Assembly: GCA_030390025.1 (NCBI GenBank) | Contig: CM059432.1 | Location: 139,192,001 to 139,256,000 of the forward strand | Source: Squalus acanthias | Taxonomy: Eukaryota | DNA length: 64,000 bases | Direction of reading: 5' to 3' | In this document: one piece after another, positions 1 through 13,200 of the stretch | Layout of the letters: each line of letters begins with the position of its first letter | How positions within the stretch are numbered: the stretch's first letter is position 1 | Position numbers and translations under genes: made by a program | The notes under the pieces: model-generated | The model's database searches: none | Told to the model about the DNA's origin: nothing | The model's input: the letters and a program-made list of their open reading frames with translations, nothing else

Positions 1-858
1 GTTCAGCTATCCCCTTTCATTAAGGGGGGTGATTTCGCCAATGGAGGCGTGTGGAGGCGGGACTGCTGCTTGTCGGGTCGATGTCCCGCCTCCATCGATT
101 TGTGGCCAACCCACGCTATTTTCCCTTGATTGACCTTGTTAAGCCCGCCCAGCGGGCTTAGCAGGCCAATTAAGAGAAAGCCGGTTACAGAGAACGTCAG
201 CGTATGATGTTTCATCTGTCAAAAATTTTTGACAGATGAATTGTCATCGTTTGACAGCTCTGTGAAGCTGTCAAACACTGACATTCTCTGTAGTTTGATG
301 AGTTCTTGAATTCAAGACTCATCAAACCTCTTTCTTTAGCGGAAATTAGATGGTTGTTGCATTGGAGAATGCAGCAGCCATCTGTCATCTCTGCCGGTGA
401 GATGCGAGACTCTCCGCATACCCAACTCTTGAAGCCTGCAGGAAGAAACAAAGGTAAGTAAACTTTTTCTAACACTTTCCACTTATCTCACATACTCACC
501 TCTCCACACTTGCACCCATCACTTACCTTCACAGCGCACTTTTGCACCCCGCAAACCTCCGCAGACCCACTGCTCTCCTCGGTGACCCTGGCGGGGTTCG
601 GAGCCTTCGGGAAGCCCGCACTTGTGTGGATAAAATGGGGCTAATCCTCTTATCTGCCTGTTAACTACCTGTTAACAGGCAGGTAAGTGGCACTAATCCC
701 CTTCCCGCCTCCAAGGAGACGGGACCCGGCGCGGGTCGGCTACCCGCCTCCTGGCAAGATGGCACGGAGGCGGGTTGGGCACCTGCCCCCAAATTATGCC
801 ATTTTCCCGGTAGTCCCGCCTCCATACCCGCCTCCCCAGGGCTGGCAAGATCGCGCCC
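1..858. mobile_element. Probable non-autonomous Harbinger-type DNA element, truncated by the window edge
   Basis: GC/CpG-rich block ending aagatcgcgccc, which resembles the ...AAAATCCAGCCC termini of other elements here. The other end is not visible. Confidence 0.4.
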
Positions 859-1049
859 TCAGTCTCTGGAATGGGGCTTGAACCCACAACCTTCTGATAC
901 TGAGCCACAGGTGGCAAAATTAGAAAAAGTGACACTGTTGCCCAAAACTGACTTCCTTCACTTTGATGAGCACAAGAATCCACCAAATATTATATCATTT
1001 AAAAAAAAACTGTAATGGGTTGACAGCTGCCATTTTAATTTAACTATAC

Positions 1050-1210
1050 CTTGGTTTCAAAAAGGAGTTCTGTGGTACCAATGGTGCGCATGAAGTCTTC
1101 AGGGTTAAATTCAATTGCTTCGTACAAAAGACGTTCCTCATCTGTTAGGGGTGTGACGTCCACATTGATGCCAGGAATCAGAATATGACCAGATGAATTC
1201 ACAAGGCTGT
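1050..1210 (-). CDS. CNDP-family exon 8
   Basis: cag|(D)[53 protein letters not shown]|gtatag, 161 nt; translated by hand. Confidence 0.93.
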
Positions 1211-4200
1211 CTGAAATTGGATTAATGAATTTAGAACCATAGAAGTTTACCGTACAGAAGAGCTCCCTTCAACTCATCGGGTCCGTGAAGTCTTTTAGAT
1301 AGAGCAAGCCAAAACTAATCCCACTGCCCTGCTTTCTACCCATAAACTCTGTATCTCCTGGGCACTAAGGGAATCAAGGGATATGGGGATAGGACAGGAA
1401 GGTGGAGTTCAGGTACAAGGTCAGCCATGGCGGAGCAGGCTCAAGGGACTGTATGGCCTACTCTTGCTCTTATTTCTTATGTTCGTCTGCTTCAAATATT
1501 TATCCACTTTTCCCTTAAAAGACGCAACAGTCCCTACTGTGACCAATCCCTGTGGTTAAATTGACCCCTTGTCAGTGACACATTGAGCAAAAAAAATAGT
1601 CGTTCCCTGCTCACCCCATCAAAGTCTTTCATAATTTTTTTTAAAAACCTGCGGAAATAGCACCAGTATCTCACGTCTCTCCTCATAAGTATAGTTTTCC
1701 ATCTCTGGTATCTCCTTGATGAACCGAGGCTGGACACTCTCTATGGCTTTAATGTTCTTTCTGCGATGCAGCACCCAAAGCTACACGCACTACACTAACT
1801 GCGACCGAACCAACATATTTGTATAAATTCATCATTACATAGAAACATAGAAGATAGGAGCAGGAGTAGGCCATTCAGCCCCTCTAGCCTGCTCCGCCAT
1901 TCAATGCGATCATGGCTGATCATCCAAATTCAGAATCCTGTCCCTGCTTTCTCCCCATATCCCTTGATCCCTTTAGCCTTAAGAAATATATCCAACTCCT
2001 TCTTGAATATATTTAATGAATTGAGAATATATTTAATTAATTACCTCATGTAACTTTCTGTCTCTCTTTATAAAACCCAAAATGTTAGGGGCTTTTTTTA
2101 ATGCCTTTGTCCACCTGTACTCTCGCTTTCAAGGAATGATGTATTTGAACCCCTCGATCTCTCTGTTCATCCATCCCCTTTCACTAAGTGGAAACTCCCA
2201 TCTCCCAAAATGTATTGGCTCCACAGTCAATTGCATTTGCCACGTGGCTGCCCATTTTGCTAACCTGTCTATGTCCTTCTGCAGAATTTTACATCCTCCT
2301 TGCACGACATTTTCAACACTCACAATTTTGCTAGCTATTTCCTGATTTTACATTATTGCTTAATGTGCAAGCGTCACGGAGATACAGCAAAGAGATACAA
2401 TTTTCCCTTTCCCTCCCTTCGATCGCCATTAAAACACACACATATTAAAACTGGAGTGCAAAATCAATAAACTAATAACAAAATTGCCCGTCTGGCAACA
2501 TAGAATCATACAGCACAGAAGGAGGCCATTCGGCCCATCATGCCCGTGCCGGCTCTTTGGTAGAGCCATCCAATTAGTCCCACTCCCCAGCTCCAACTCC
2601 AACATCGACAGCCAACAAGGTCAGCAGGTACTGTAGATTATTGTTTTTCCTCTCCTTAGCCGGGGCATTAAGGTGTCAACAGCACCATTCCACCATGCTG
2701 GCTCAGCACAGGTCAGGGGCTGAACTTCGGACCTCCTTGACTTATACGATCAGCAGTGTGCTGGGCAGTGCATTTATCCACTGAGCTATCAAAGTTTCAG
2801 AGGATGCCATTCATTGAGCCTTCGGATTTCCATCTGCAAGCGTTTTGCACTGAGAGAACATAGGATCATAGGAACAGGAGGAGACCATACAGCCTCTTGA
2901 GCCTGTTCCGCCATTCAATTAGATCATGGCTGATCTGTATCTTAACTCCATCCACCCGCCTTGGTTCTGTAACCTTTAATACCCTCGCCTAATAAAAATC
3001 TATCAATCTCAGTTTTGAAATTTTCAATTGACCCCCCCCCGGCCTCAACAGCTTTTTGGGGTGAGAGAGTTCCAGATTTCCACTCCCCTTTGTGTGAAGA
3101 AGTGCTTCCTGACATCACCTTGAACGGCCGAGCTCTAATTTTAAGATTATGCTCTCTTGTTCTGGACTCCCCCACCCACCACCAGAGGAAATAGTTTCTC
3201 TCTATCTACCCTATCAACTCCTTTAATCATATTAAACACCTCAATTAGATCACCCCTTAATCTTCCATACTCAAGGGAATACAAACTTAGTCGATGCAAC
3301 TTGTCCTCATAATTTAACCCTTTTAGCCCAAGTATAATTCCAATCAATCGGTACCCACTCCAAGGCCAATATATCCTTCCTAAGGTGCGGTGCCCAGAAC
3401 CTGTATATTTGCTTTTAGTGATTCTGTTGGACCCCTAAATAACTCCGCTCATCCACAGTTGCTAGCTTCTCGCCAGTTGGAAAATACTCTGATCTATCTT
3501 TCTTTGGTCCAAAGTGGATGACCTCATCCTTCCCCACATTGAACGCCATCTGCCAGTTTTACCCCACTTACGTGTGAGAAATAAGACAGCTACAGATTGC
3601 TGTATTTTCAACTATTCTACCTGGTAAAAGTCTCGCTCTCTTTCTCCGAAAACAACACACCTTCATTTTCACCATGTGTAAATTAATTCCTACCTAGTAG
3701 AGCTATTAGGTCAGTCATTGCTTCATGTACTGTTCCCCCATAAAGACCAGAGTGCAAATCTTGTTTTGCACATTGTACCTGGGTGACAAAAAATTCACAG
3801 ATTACATATCTGCAGCAAAAACAGCAATCCTTTTCAGGTAAACATAGAATATACAGCACTGAAACAGGCCATTCGGCCCAACCAGTCCATACCGGCGTTT
3901 ATGCTCCACTCGAGCCTCCTCCCGCCTTTCCCTATCTAACTCTATCAGCATAACCCTCTATTCCCTTCTCCCTCATATGCTTGTCCAGCCTTCCCTTAAA
4001 TGCATCTATGCTATTCACCTCAACCACTCCCTGTGGTAGCGAGTTCCACATTCTCGCCACTCTCTGGGTAAAGAAGTTTCTCCTGAATTCCCGATTTGAT
4101 TTTTTGGTGACTATCTTATATTGATGGCCTCAAGTTTTGCTCTTCCCCACAAGTGGAAACACTCTCTCTGTATCCACTCGATCAAAACCTTTCATAATTT

Positions 4201-7200
4201 TAAATGCCTCGATTAGGTCACCCCCGCAGCCTTTTCTTTTCAAGAGAAAAGAGACCCAGCCTGTTCATCCTTTCCTGATAGGTGTACCCTCAACACAATA
4301 TACAACAACAACTTGGAGAGAAAGGGCTGGATTTTGTCTTGGGGTCGGGTTGGGGTCGGGTTGGGGTCGTGTTACCTGCATTTCGTGTTGCCCCCCCGAC
4401 TCCAGATTAATGTGGATGAATGATGCAATTTTCACTTAATTGGTCAATTGAGTTCCAGCATGTGGGAACCCATGACCCAATTAATGGTTTCAGTCTGAAA
4501 GTCACCTCTGATGATGTCATCATTGCAGGTCAGAGACTGCCTGGTCTCAGAGATTGCCTGGCCTTTGCTGTGAGAGGACCTGGATATATGTGTGTGAGAG
4601 AGAGAGAGAGAGAAACAATCAATCAATCAATTTAGGGCTTGTTAAGGGCTTTAATGGCCTCTCCCGCCTCCTGGAGGCGGGACGGAGTCGGGAACATGCA
4701 CACGATTTTATCAAAATTGCGTGGAGGCGGGATGGGGTCGGGACCCCCGAATCTGCAACTTTAACCCCCCACACGCCTCCAAACCCGACTCCATGGGTCA
4801 TTGAAAATCCAGCCCAAAGGCAGAGGGAGAAAGCAAGATAGCTGAAGGAGCATGGGTGCACATTGGAGCAGATGGAGTGGGGAACGAGAGGTAGGCTGGT
4901 GTTGGGAGGATTGTCGGTTGGTTGAGGTTATTAATTTCTCTTAGTACCTCGACAAAGAAATAGCAGAGTCCTCGAGTTCCATAGGTCAGGACTGGCTTCT
5001 TGGTTAGCCACCCACTGTCTGATATAACATTGTAGTCTACGTTGGAAAAAAATGTCTCATTTTTCTCAATTAAGAGTTCATTCAGTCCCTTTGATCCAGA
5101 TTCCTCCATAGCTTCAAAAATAAACTTTAAATTCACTGGCAGTTCCTGAAATGAAAACAGATTCATATTACTGAGCAGTGAACACTTCATTAGCTGTGAA
5201 TACTGCGGGACCTGTGAGCGCTCCAGGACCTGGGAATACTCCGGGACCTGTGAGCGCTCTGGGACCTGGGAATACTCCGGGACCTGTGAATACTCCGGGA
5301 CCTGTGAGCGCTCCAGGACCTGGGAATACTCCGGGACCTGTGAATACTCCAGGACCTGTGAGCGCTCCAGGACCTGGGAATACTCCGGGACCTGTGAATA
5401 CTCCAGGACCTGTGAGCGCTCCGGGACCTGGGAATACTCCGGGACCTGGGAATACTGCATTAGCTGTGAATACTCCGGGACCTGTGAATACTCCATTAGC
5501 TGTGAATACTCCGGGACCTGTGAATACTCCATTAGCTGTGAATACTCCGGGACCTGTGAATACTCCATTAGCTGTGAATACTCCGGGAGCTGAGAATACT
5601 CCGGGACCTGGGAATACTGCATTAGCTGTGAATACTCCGGGACCTGGGAATACTGCATTAGCTGTGAATACTCCGGGACCTGTGAATACTCCATTAGCTG
5701 TGAATACTCCGGGAGCTGAGAATACTCTGGGACCTGTGAATACTCCATTAGCTGTGAATACTCCGGGACCTTACTCGTGACAATTCGGCCAGAACCGATG
5801 AACATACCCTCCAAGGTAGGCGTGCAAATGTCATGTCCTGTCTTGTCAAGTTTGCAATCTGAACTCGGGTCTCTCAGCCCAATACTGCATCATAAATGAC
5901 AGGTTTCGCCCATTAACAACTTTGTGGTACCGCAACCTTTGCACTTCTAGCATTTGAAGGGTAAGTGGTATGCTGGCCGAATCTCCTCTTGAGTTCATGT
6001 GAATATGCAATATATTGGCCCAGGCTGAAATAGTTTTAAAATATTTTTTAGAGCCTTTTCTAATTGCTGCTTGAAGTGAAAGCAAGGAAAGGAGAATCCA
6101 AAAGTAGAGACACAAAACAGAGTCTATGGTTAAGCAGTGCAATACCCAATCGCCTGTTTGATTGCTGGGGAAATGGGCGCAAGTCGGCTTTAGTCCTATT
6201 TGGCACTCCAGGGCACCCTTCCCACAAGACCACAGTGCACTATGCCTGGAGTGAGCCAGCGGTAGTCTCAACAATACCTGCAGGACCTGAGAACGGACAA
6301 GGTAAGACTACCCAACAGTACCGAGATCTCTGCCCTCCTCCAATTCTGGCCTCTTGCGCAGACCCGATTTCCTTCGTCCCATCATTGGCTGTCGTGCCTT
6401 CAGTTGCCTGGGCCCCAAGCTCTGGAATTCCGCCCCCCCCCCCCTAAACCTCTCCCCCCCCCCCCCCCCCTCTTAAGAGCTACCTCTTTGACCAAGCTTT
6501 TGGTCACCTATCCTAATATCTCCTTATGTGGCTCGGTGTCAAATTTTTGTTTGATAATCGCTCCTGTGAAGCGTCTTGGGACATTTTACTACATTAAAGG
6601 CGCTGTATAAATGTAAGCTGTTGTTGTAAGTGGCACCTACTTGTTTCAGTGCTTGAAATGCTTCAATCGCATGGAGCCAGGCCAGAACAGGACCTTTGTC
6701 ATCCGAGGCTCCACGTCCATAAAGATTACCTTCAAGAAATTCAAAGAGGAATATTGTTATGAAAGGCAGGAAAATTAATTCCGCTTGGCGATCTAGTACA
6801 CTGCCCCACTTGGCGATAGCAGAATACAATACAAATAAAGCAACTACAGCAACTTATATCACCTTTTAATGTAATGAAACATCCCAAGGTGCTTCACGGG
6901 AATGTTATCAAACAAAATTTGACACCGAGCCACATAGAATGAAAGAATGAATCATAGAATGATACAGCACAGAAGGAGGTTATTTGGCCCGTTGTGCCTG
7001 TGCCGGTGTCGGTAGAGCTATCCAATGAGTCCCACTTGGGCGTTGCGCTATTAGAAGGAGATATTAGGACAGCTGACCAAAAGCTTGGTCAAAGAGGTAG
7101 GTTTTAAGGAGCATCTTAAAGGAGGAGAGAGAGGTGGAGAGGTTGGAGGGGTTTAGGGAGGGAATTCCAAATTCTTGGGGCCTAGGCAGCTGACGGCACG

Positions 7201-10200
7201 GCCGCCAATGGTGGAGCGATTATAATCAGGGATGCGCAAGAGGCCAGAATCGGAGCAGCGCAGAGATCTCGGAGGGTTGTGGGGCTGGAGGACATTACAG
7301 AGATAGGGAGGGGGGCGAGGCCATGGAGGGATTTGAAAACAAGGATGAGAATTCTATAATCGAGGCATTGCCAGACCAGAAGCTAAAGATGGCGTTACTC
7401 GAAGGGGATTCTAGTGAAAGGATATACACATTCACAGTGCTGCATAAGGTGACTGATAGTGGTTTTGTAGCCTATTTGATTTAGTGTTCAAACAGGAATA
7501 AAGGGCTTAAACATAGTTGTAATTCTGCCCAGAACAGCAAGAAGGTAATAAAATAGACATAGAATTTTCATCTTGAAGATAAATGAAAACAATCATAGTG
7601 GCCTAACAACCAATGTAAGTTGAGGTGGTGTAAAAGGTTGGACACAAACACAATACTGACCATTCTTTTCTGTCAGCACATATGGGTCTGTAGCCCATCC
7701 ATCCTCTCTTCTTGCAGGTTGAACGTCAACATGTCCATAAATACAGACTGTAATTTTATTTGGATTGTTTCCCAATTCGCCCAGAACTACTGGAGGTAAT
7801 GGAATCATTCTTCCATGAGGAAGCTATGGAGAGCGCGGACATATCATATAAGTGAAAGCATTAATACATTTGCCAGGAATTACTGAGCAGAATATTCATT
7901 GGTAAATTTATTGAGGAAGAAGGGATATATCAAAGTCAAGTTTCAATTATTGAATGAAATAAAATACAGTAATCCCTCCCCAACCGCGGGGGGTACGTCC
8001 CTGAAAACCCCTGTGGTTAGTAAAACCGCGGTTGGCAAATACAGTCTAAATGTTCAATAAACACAATAAAAAAGAATATAAAAGCAATAAAATCATGTTA
8101 TTTACCTTAATCCGAAATTAAAAACCGCGTATACGCAAAATTCACTGCCGCGGTTGGCAAAAGTTGTCGCAGAGAGGAAACCATGTATACTTGAAATCCA
8201 CGTATGGCAAACCCGTGGTTGGGGCGGGATTCCTGTATTGCCTTTCTTTTAATCATTTGAGGACTGTAGTATCATACCATTCATCCCTAATGGCAATAAT
8301 GGCCCAGAAATTAGGCTTCCTGGCTTCCCGCGGGTGCAAGGATCGTGCGCGCACCTACCTACCGCACCTGCCGTTGACCTCTGGGCCCACGGGGACTTCA
8401 GCTCCTGGGCCTCCCCCAAGTGCCAGCGCACAGTGCTTGTGTATCCCAGGGGCGTAGTTAGTGCGATGCATCCCCTGGGATCACTTTGGCAGGAAAAATA
8501 GTAGAGCAAGTTATTATCTAAATGGCAAGAAACTGGAAAGTACTGAAGTACAAAGGGATCTGGGGGTCCTGGTGCACGAAACTCAAAAGGTTAGTATGCA
8601 GGTGCAGCAAGTGATTAAGAAGGCCAATGGAATGTTGGCTTTCATTGCTAAGGGGATAGAATATAAAAATAGGGAGGTATTGCTTCAGTTGTACAAGGTA
8701 TTGGTGAGACCGCACCTGGAATACTGCATTCAGTTTTGGTGTCCATACTTAAGAAAAGACATACTTGCTCTCGAGTCAGTACAAAGAAGGTTCACTCGGT
8801 TAATCCCGGGGATGAGGGGATGGACATATGAGGAGAGGTTGGGTAGATTGGGACTCTACTCATTGGAATTCAGAAGAATGAGAGGCGATCTTATTGAAAC
8901 ATATAAGATTGTGAAGGGGTTGGATCGGGTGGATGTGGGGAGGATGTTCCCGATGATGGGTGAAACTAGAACTAGGGGGCATAGTCTTAGAATAAGGGGC
9001 TGCTCTTTCAAAACTGAGATGAGAAGGAACTACTTCACTCAGAGAGTGGTAGGTCCATGGAATATGCTGCCCCAAAAAGCTGTAGAAGCTACAACATTAC
9101 ATAAATTTAAAACAGAAATAGACAGTTTCCTAGAAGTAAAGGGAATTAAGGGTTACGGGGAGCGGGCAGGAATTTGGACATGAGTCTAGGTTCGGATCGG
9201 TCATGGCCCTGTGGGTAGCGTAGCGGGCCCAGGGGCCGTGTAGCCTGATCCTGCTCCTATTTCGTGTGTCCAATTCTGTTAGGTTCAGGAGATGGTTCTG
9301 TGATAGTAGATTGGCGGTTAGGATCAGATCAGCCATGATCTTATTGAATGGCGGAGCAGGCTCGAGGGGCCAATTGGCCTACTCCTGCTCCTATTTCTTA
9401 TGTTCTTATGTTCTTATTATCACGTGGGCCATGGAGAGCCAATGGCAGCAGACCATCTTTCATTCATAGATTTGACAGGAAGACCTGTCAAATCTATGAA
9501 TTGAAATCGGCCCCAAAACAACACCTAAACTTCAAATAAATTTTTTAAAAAACCATCACATTTTTAAAATAACTATAAGTTAAATAAATTAATTACTTTA
9601 AACAAAAATTTAAATTTTTGAAAAAATTAAAATACTTTTTAACAGTGCTAAAAATAAACTTACCTTTCTTTAAAGTATCTAAAAAAGATAAACCTGTTGA
9701 AATTTTTTTTAAATTGTAATTAATTAACCACTTACCTTGTTGAAAATGGGTCCTGCGCCTCCTTTTTAAAAGCGCAGCCTCTTCAATACTTACCCTCCCG
9801 GAGAAACCTGGAAAAAAACCTAAGTTTGCTGCATGCAAGCAGCCTCTACCGCGCACGCGGTTCACCTCTGAACCGCTCCCTTCATGAGACCGGAAGTTCC
9901 GGTTTCCCGCGCATGCGCAGTGCATGCAGGAAACCGGCACTTCAGGAGGCCTTACGGGCGAGTACACAGCGCGTACTCACCCGGCAAGTGCCGAATTTTT
10001 GGCCCAATGATTCTTTTATTGTTGCGCAATTCCTTACTTATTGTCCAACTCTACCCTGCTAATCTGATAGTTCTCAAGAGGCAAAGACTTGGTGCTCCAT
10101 TATCAAGTTACATAGAATCTACAGCACAGAAACAGGCCATTCGGCCCAACGGGTCCATGACGGTGTTTGTGCTCCACACGAGACACCTCCCACCCTACTT

Positions 10201-13200
10201 CATCTCACCCTATCAGCATATCCTTCGATTCCCTTCTCCCGCACATACTTATCTAGCCTTCCCTTAAATACATCTATGCTATTTGCCTCAACCACTCCTG
10301 TTGGGCGATCAGGTTGATCCCTGGTCCTGAGTTGCTGATCTCAGTGCTTTGAGGAAGTGTCAACCAAAAGCCAACTGTTTCCCGACAGGGAGAGGGAAAA
10401 TCAGGGGAGCCATCCCTGGCCAATCATTGATATCCCTTAGTGTTACTTTAGAGCAAATGTGAGAAGTCGCACGACACCAGGTTATAGTCCAACAGTTTTA
10501 TTTGAAATCACAAGCTTTCGGAGCGCTGCTCCTTCGTCAGGTGATGAAAGCTTGTGATTTCAAATAAAGCTGTTGGACTATAACCTGGTGTTGTGCGACT
10601 TCTCACATTTGTCCACCCCAGTCCAACACCGGCATCTCCACATCATGGTTACTTTAGAGCAACATTAGCAGAGGTCTTGAAGGAGATTACTAGTTCACAA
10701 GACTAAGTTTTCAATAATGTTTTTCTTAATTCATTATCAGGATCTGAACATCACTGGTAATTTATTGTCATTTATTCGTAGTTTGATACAACTGAGTGGC
10801 TTACTAGACCACCTCAGAGAGCAGTTCGAAGTCAACCACGTTATGACAACGGTCGCTTTTACTGATACCAGCTTTTTATTTTCAAATTCTCAAACTGCCA
10901 TGGTGGGATTTGAACTCACTGGATTATTGGTCCCGTAACATAACCACTACACTACCATATCACTGTACCCAGGAGTGCGATCAGAGAGACTTGGGAGAAA
11001 ATGATGGGCTTCATATCCTGACCAATATGCAGTATTTCTAAAGAGATCAAAAATAATTGTCTTGTGTTGCGTTTAGTACGCAAAGGATTCGTCGGGTTGT
11101 GTTGTAGCTTACCTCCTCATTGCCCAAATCTGCTAGCTCGACAGATCCTCCCAGGCGTTTGATTGCCTCACCCACAATCTGTATCATTTGAGTCACATCA
11201 TCTCTCTTTGTTGGATTGCCTGATTCACTCTGGATTGCTATCCATTCCTTCAGATGCTGCAAAGTGAAATTGCCGCACAATTATGTACTTAACACAACCA
11301 AATCCCCACGCATGTTCCTCCTTGAGTAGGGGGCTGACTGTGCAGTTAATCACTACATCCATGAATATATCTATTAGTTGAGCTATGCTATTCTCTCAGG
11401 TAAGGGTATTGTGGACATAAAAGGGTTAACTTGGCTTGGAGGGCGAGGGAATATTCCCAATAACATTGTTAAACAATGACAACATAGTACAAAGTATTAA
11501 TAGGAAATAAAGTGGTGTGACTTTCTGTCTTTACACATGTTCATAAAATCATAGGTTCATACAGCACAGAATGAGGCCATTCTGCCCATCATGCCTGTGC
11601 TGGCTCTTTGAAATAATCTCCAATTAGTCCCACTCCCCCCTGTTCTTTCCCCATAGCCCTGCATTTCTTTCCTTTACAAGGATATATCAATAGGAACAGC
11701 AGGAAGTCATTCAGCCCCTCGAGCCTGCTCCGCCATTCAATCAGATCCTGGCTGATCTGTACCTCAACTCCATTTACCCGCCTTAGCTTCATATCCCTTG
11801 ATACCCTTACCCAATAAAAATCTATCAATCTCAGTCTTAAAAGCTCCAATTGACCCACAGCATCCGCAGAATTTTGGGGGGGAGATTTCCAGATTTCTAC
11901 TTCCCTTTCTGTGAAAAAGTGCTTTCTGCTTTCCATCCTAAATGGTGTAGCTCTAATTTTAAGGTTATGCCCTCTCGTTCTTGATTTCCCCCATTAGAGA
12001 GAAATAGTATTTCTATATCTACCCTTTAAATCCTTTTAATATTTTAAACACCTCGAGCAGATCACCCCTCAATCTTCTGTACTCAAGGGAATACAAGCCA
12101 GGTTTATGCAACCGGTCCAAATAATTTAACCCTTTTATCATTCTGGTGAATCTGCGCTGCACCCACTCCAAGGCCAATATATCCTTCCTGAGGTGCGGTG
12201 CCCAGAACTGAATGTAGTACTCTGATCAAGGCCCCACTCCAGAGACTTGAACACAAAAATCTAGGGAGTGCTGCACTGTCGGAGGTGCCGTCTTTCAGAT
12301 GAGATGTTAAACTGAGGCCCGTCTGCTCTCTCAGATGGACCTAAAAGATCCCAGGGCACTATTTGTAAGAAAAGCAGGGGAGTTATCCCCGGTGTCCTGG
12401 GCCAATATTTATCCCTCAACCAACATCACTAAAACAGATGATCTGGTCGTTATCACATTGATGTTTGTGGGAGCTTGCTGTGCGCAAATTGGCTGCCACG
12501 TTTCCTACATTACCACAGTGACTACAGTTTAAAAGTACTTCATTGGCTGTAAAGCGCTTTGGGACATCCTGAGGTTGTGAAAGGTGCTATATAAATACAA
12601 GTTTATTCTTTCTTTATACAACTAAACCTCAATTCTAATCCAGAAACCAGAGAATTAGTACCTATTTTGTAGAGTTTTTTCCCATTCCAACTGTTCCAGC
12701 CAGGCATTCCTCGATCACACTCCTGGCTCCAACTGGAATTCTCCCACCCGGGAGAGCGCTCTGCCCGTTGCAGACTTACAGGTGTGGGCAGAGCTTCCCT
12801 GCCACCTGTTAAGTATTAAACATTCAAGTCGACTTTGGAGCAGTTACAACATGCTCACACCTGGTAGGGAAGAGGGTGTCCCAATCCCACTTTATGTCCA
12901 ATCCCTTGCAGCCAACAGATTCTTCATCCGACCAGCCTGGGCTAGGTTCAACCCTGAGGAACCCGGGCACCGAAAGACCAGTAAGCTAACCCATACTATC
13001 CCAATTCTGACAGCCATTTCTGTGTGCAGACCTTACCTGGACATAGTCAGCCTGATGATCATCAATATACTGGAACACCTGATCCAGTGGAGAAGATGCT
13101 TGCATCGCAAGGAGAAAAAGCAAACTGAAAGCAGCGAGTGTGAGCTGTAAAGAAGGGTGCATGGGAGAATTAGGGTGCGTTGGTGAACCTGGAATGACTT

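Noticed and set aside
5178..5771. CRISPR-like array
   Set aside because: Units are contiguous 18-mers with no unique spacers, there are no cas genes, and the context is a vertebrate intron. It is a minisatellite.
5178..5780. 200-aa VNTPGP repeat protein on the plus strand
   Set aside because: Antisense reading of the same 18-bp repeat; no ATG start, promoter or splice context.
4798..5814. 338-aa ORF as a standalone repeat-peptidase fusion gene
   Set aside because: It is the stop-free minisatellite read into exon 6 and on into the next intron. Proper splice sites define 5145-4948.
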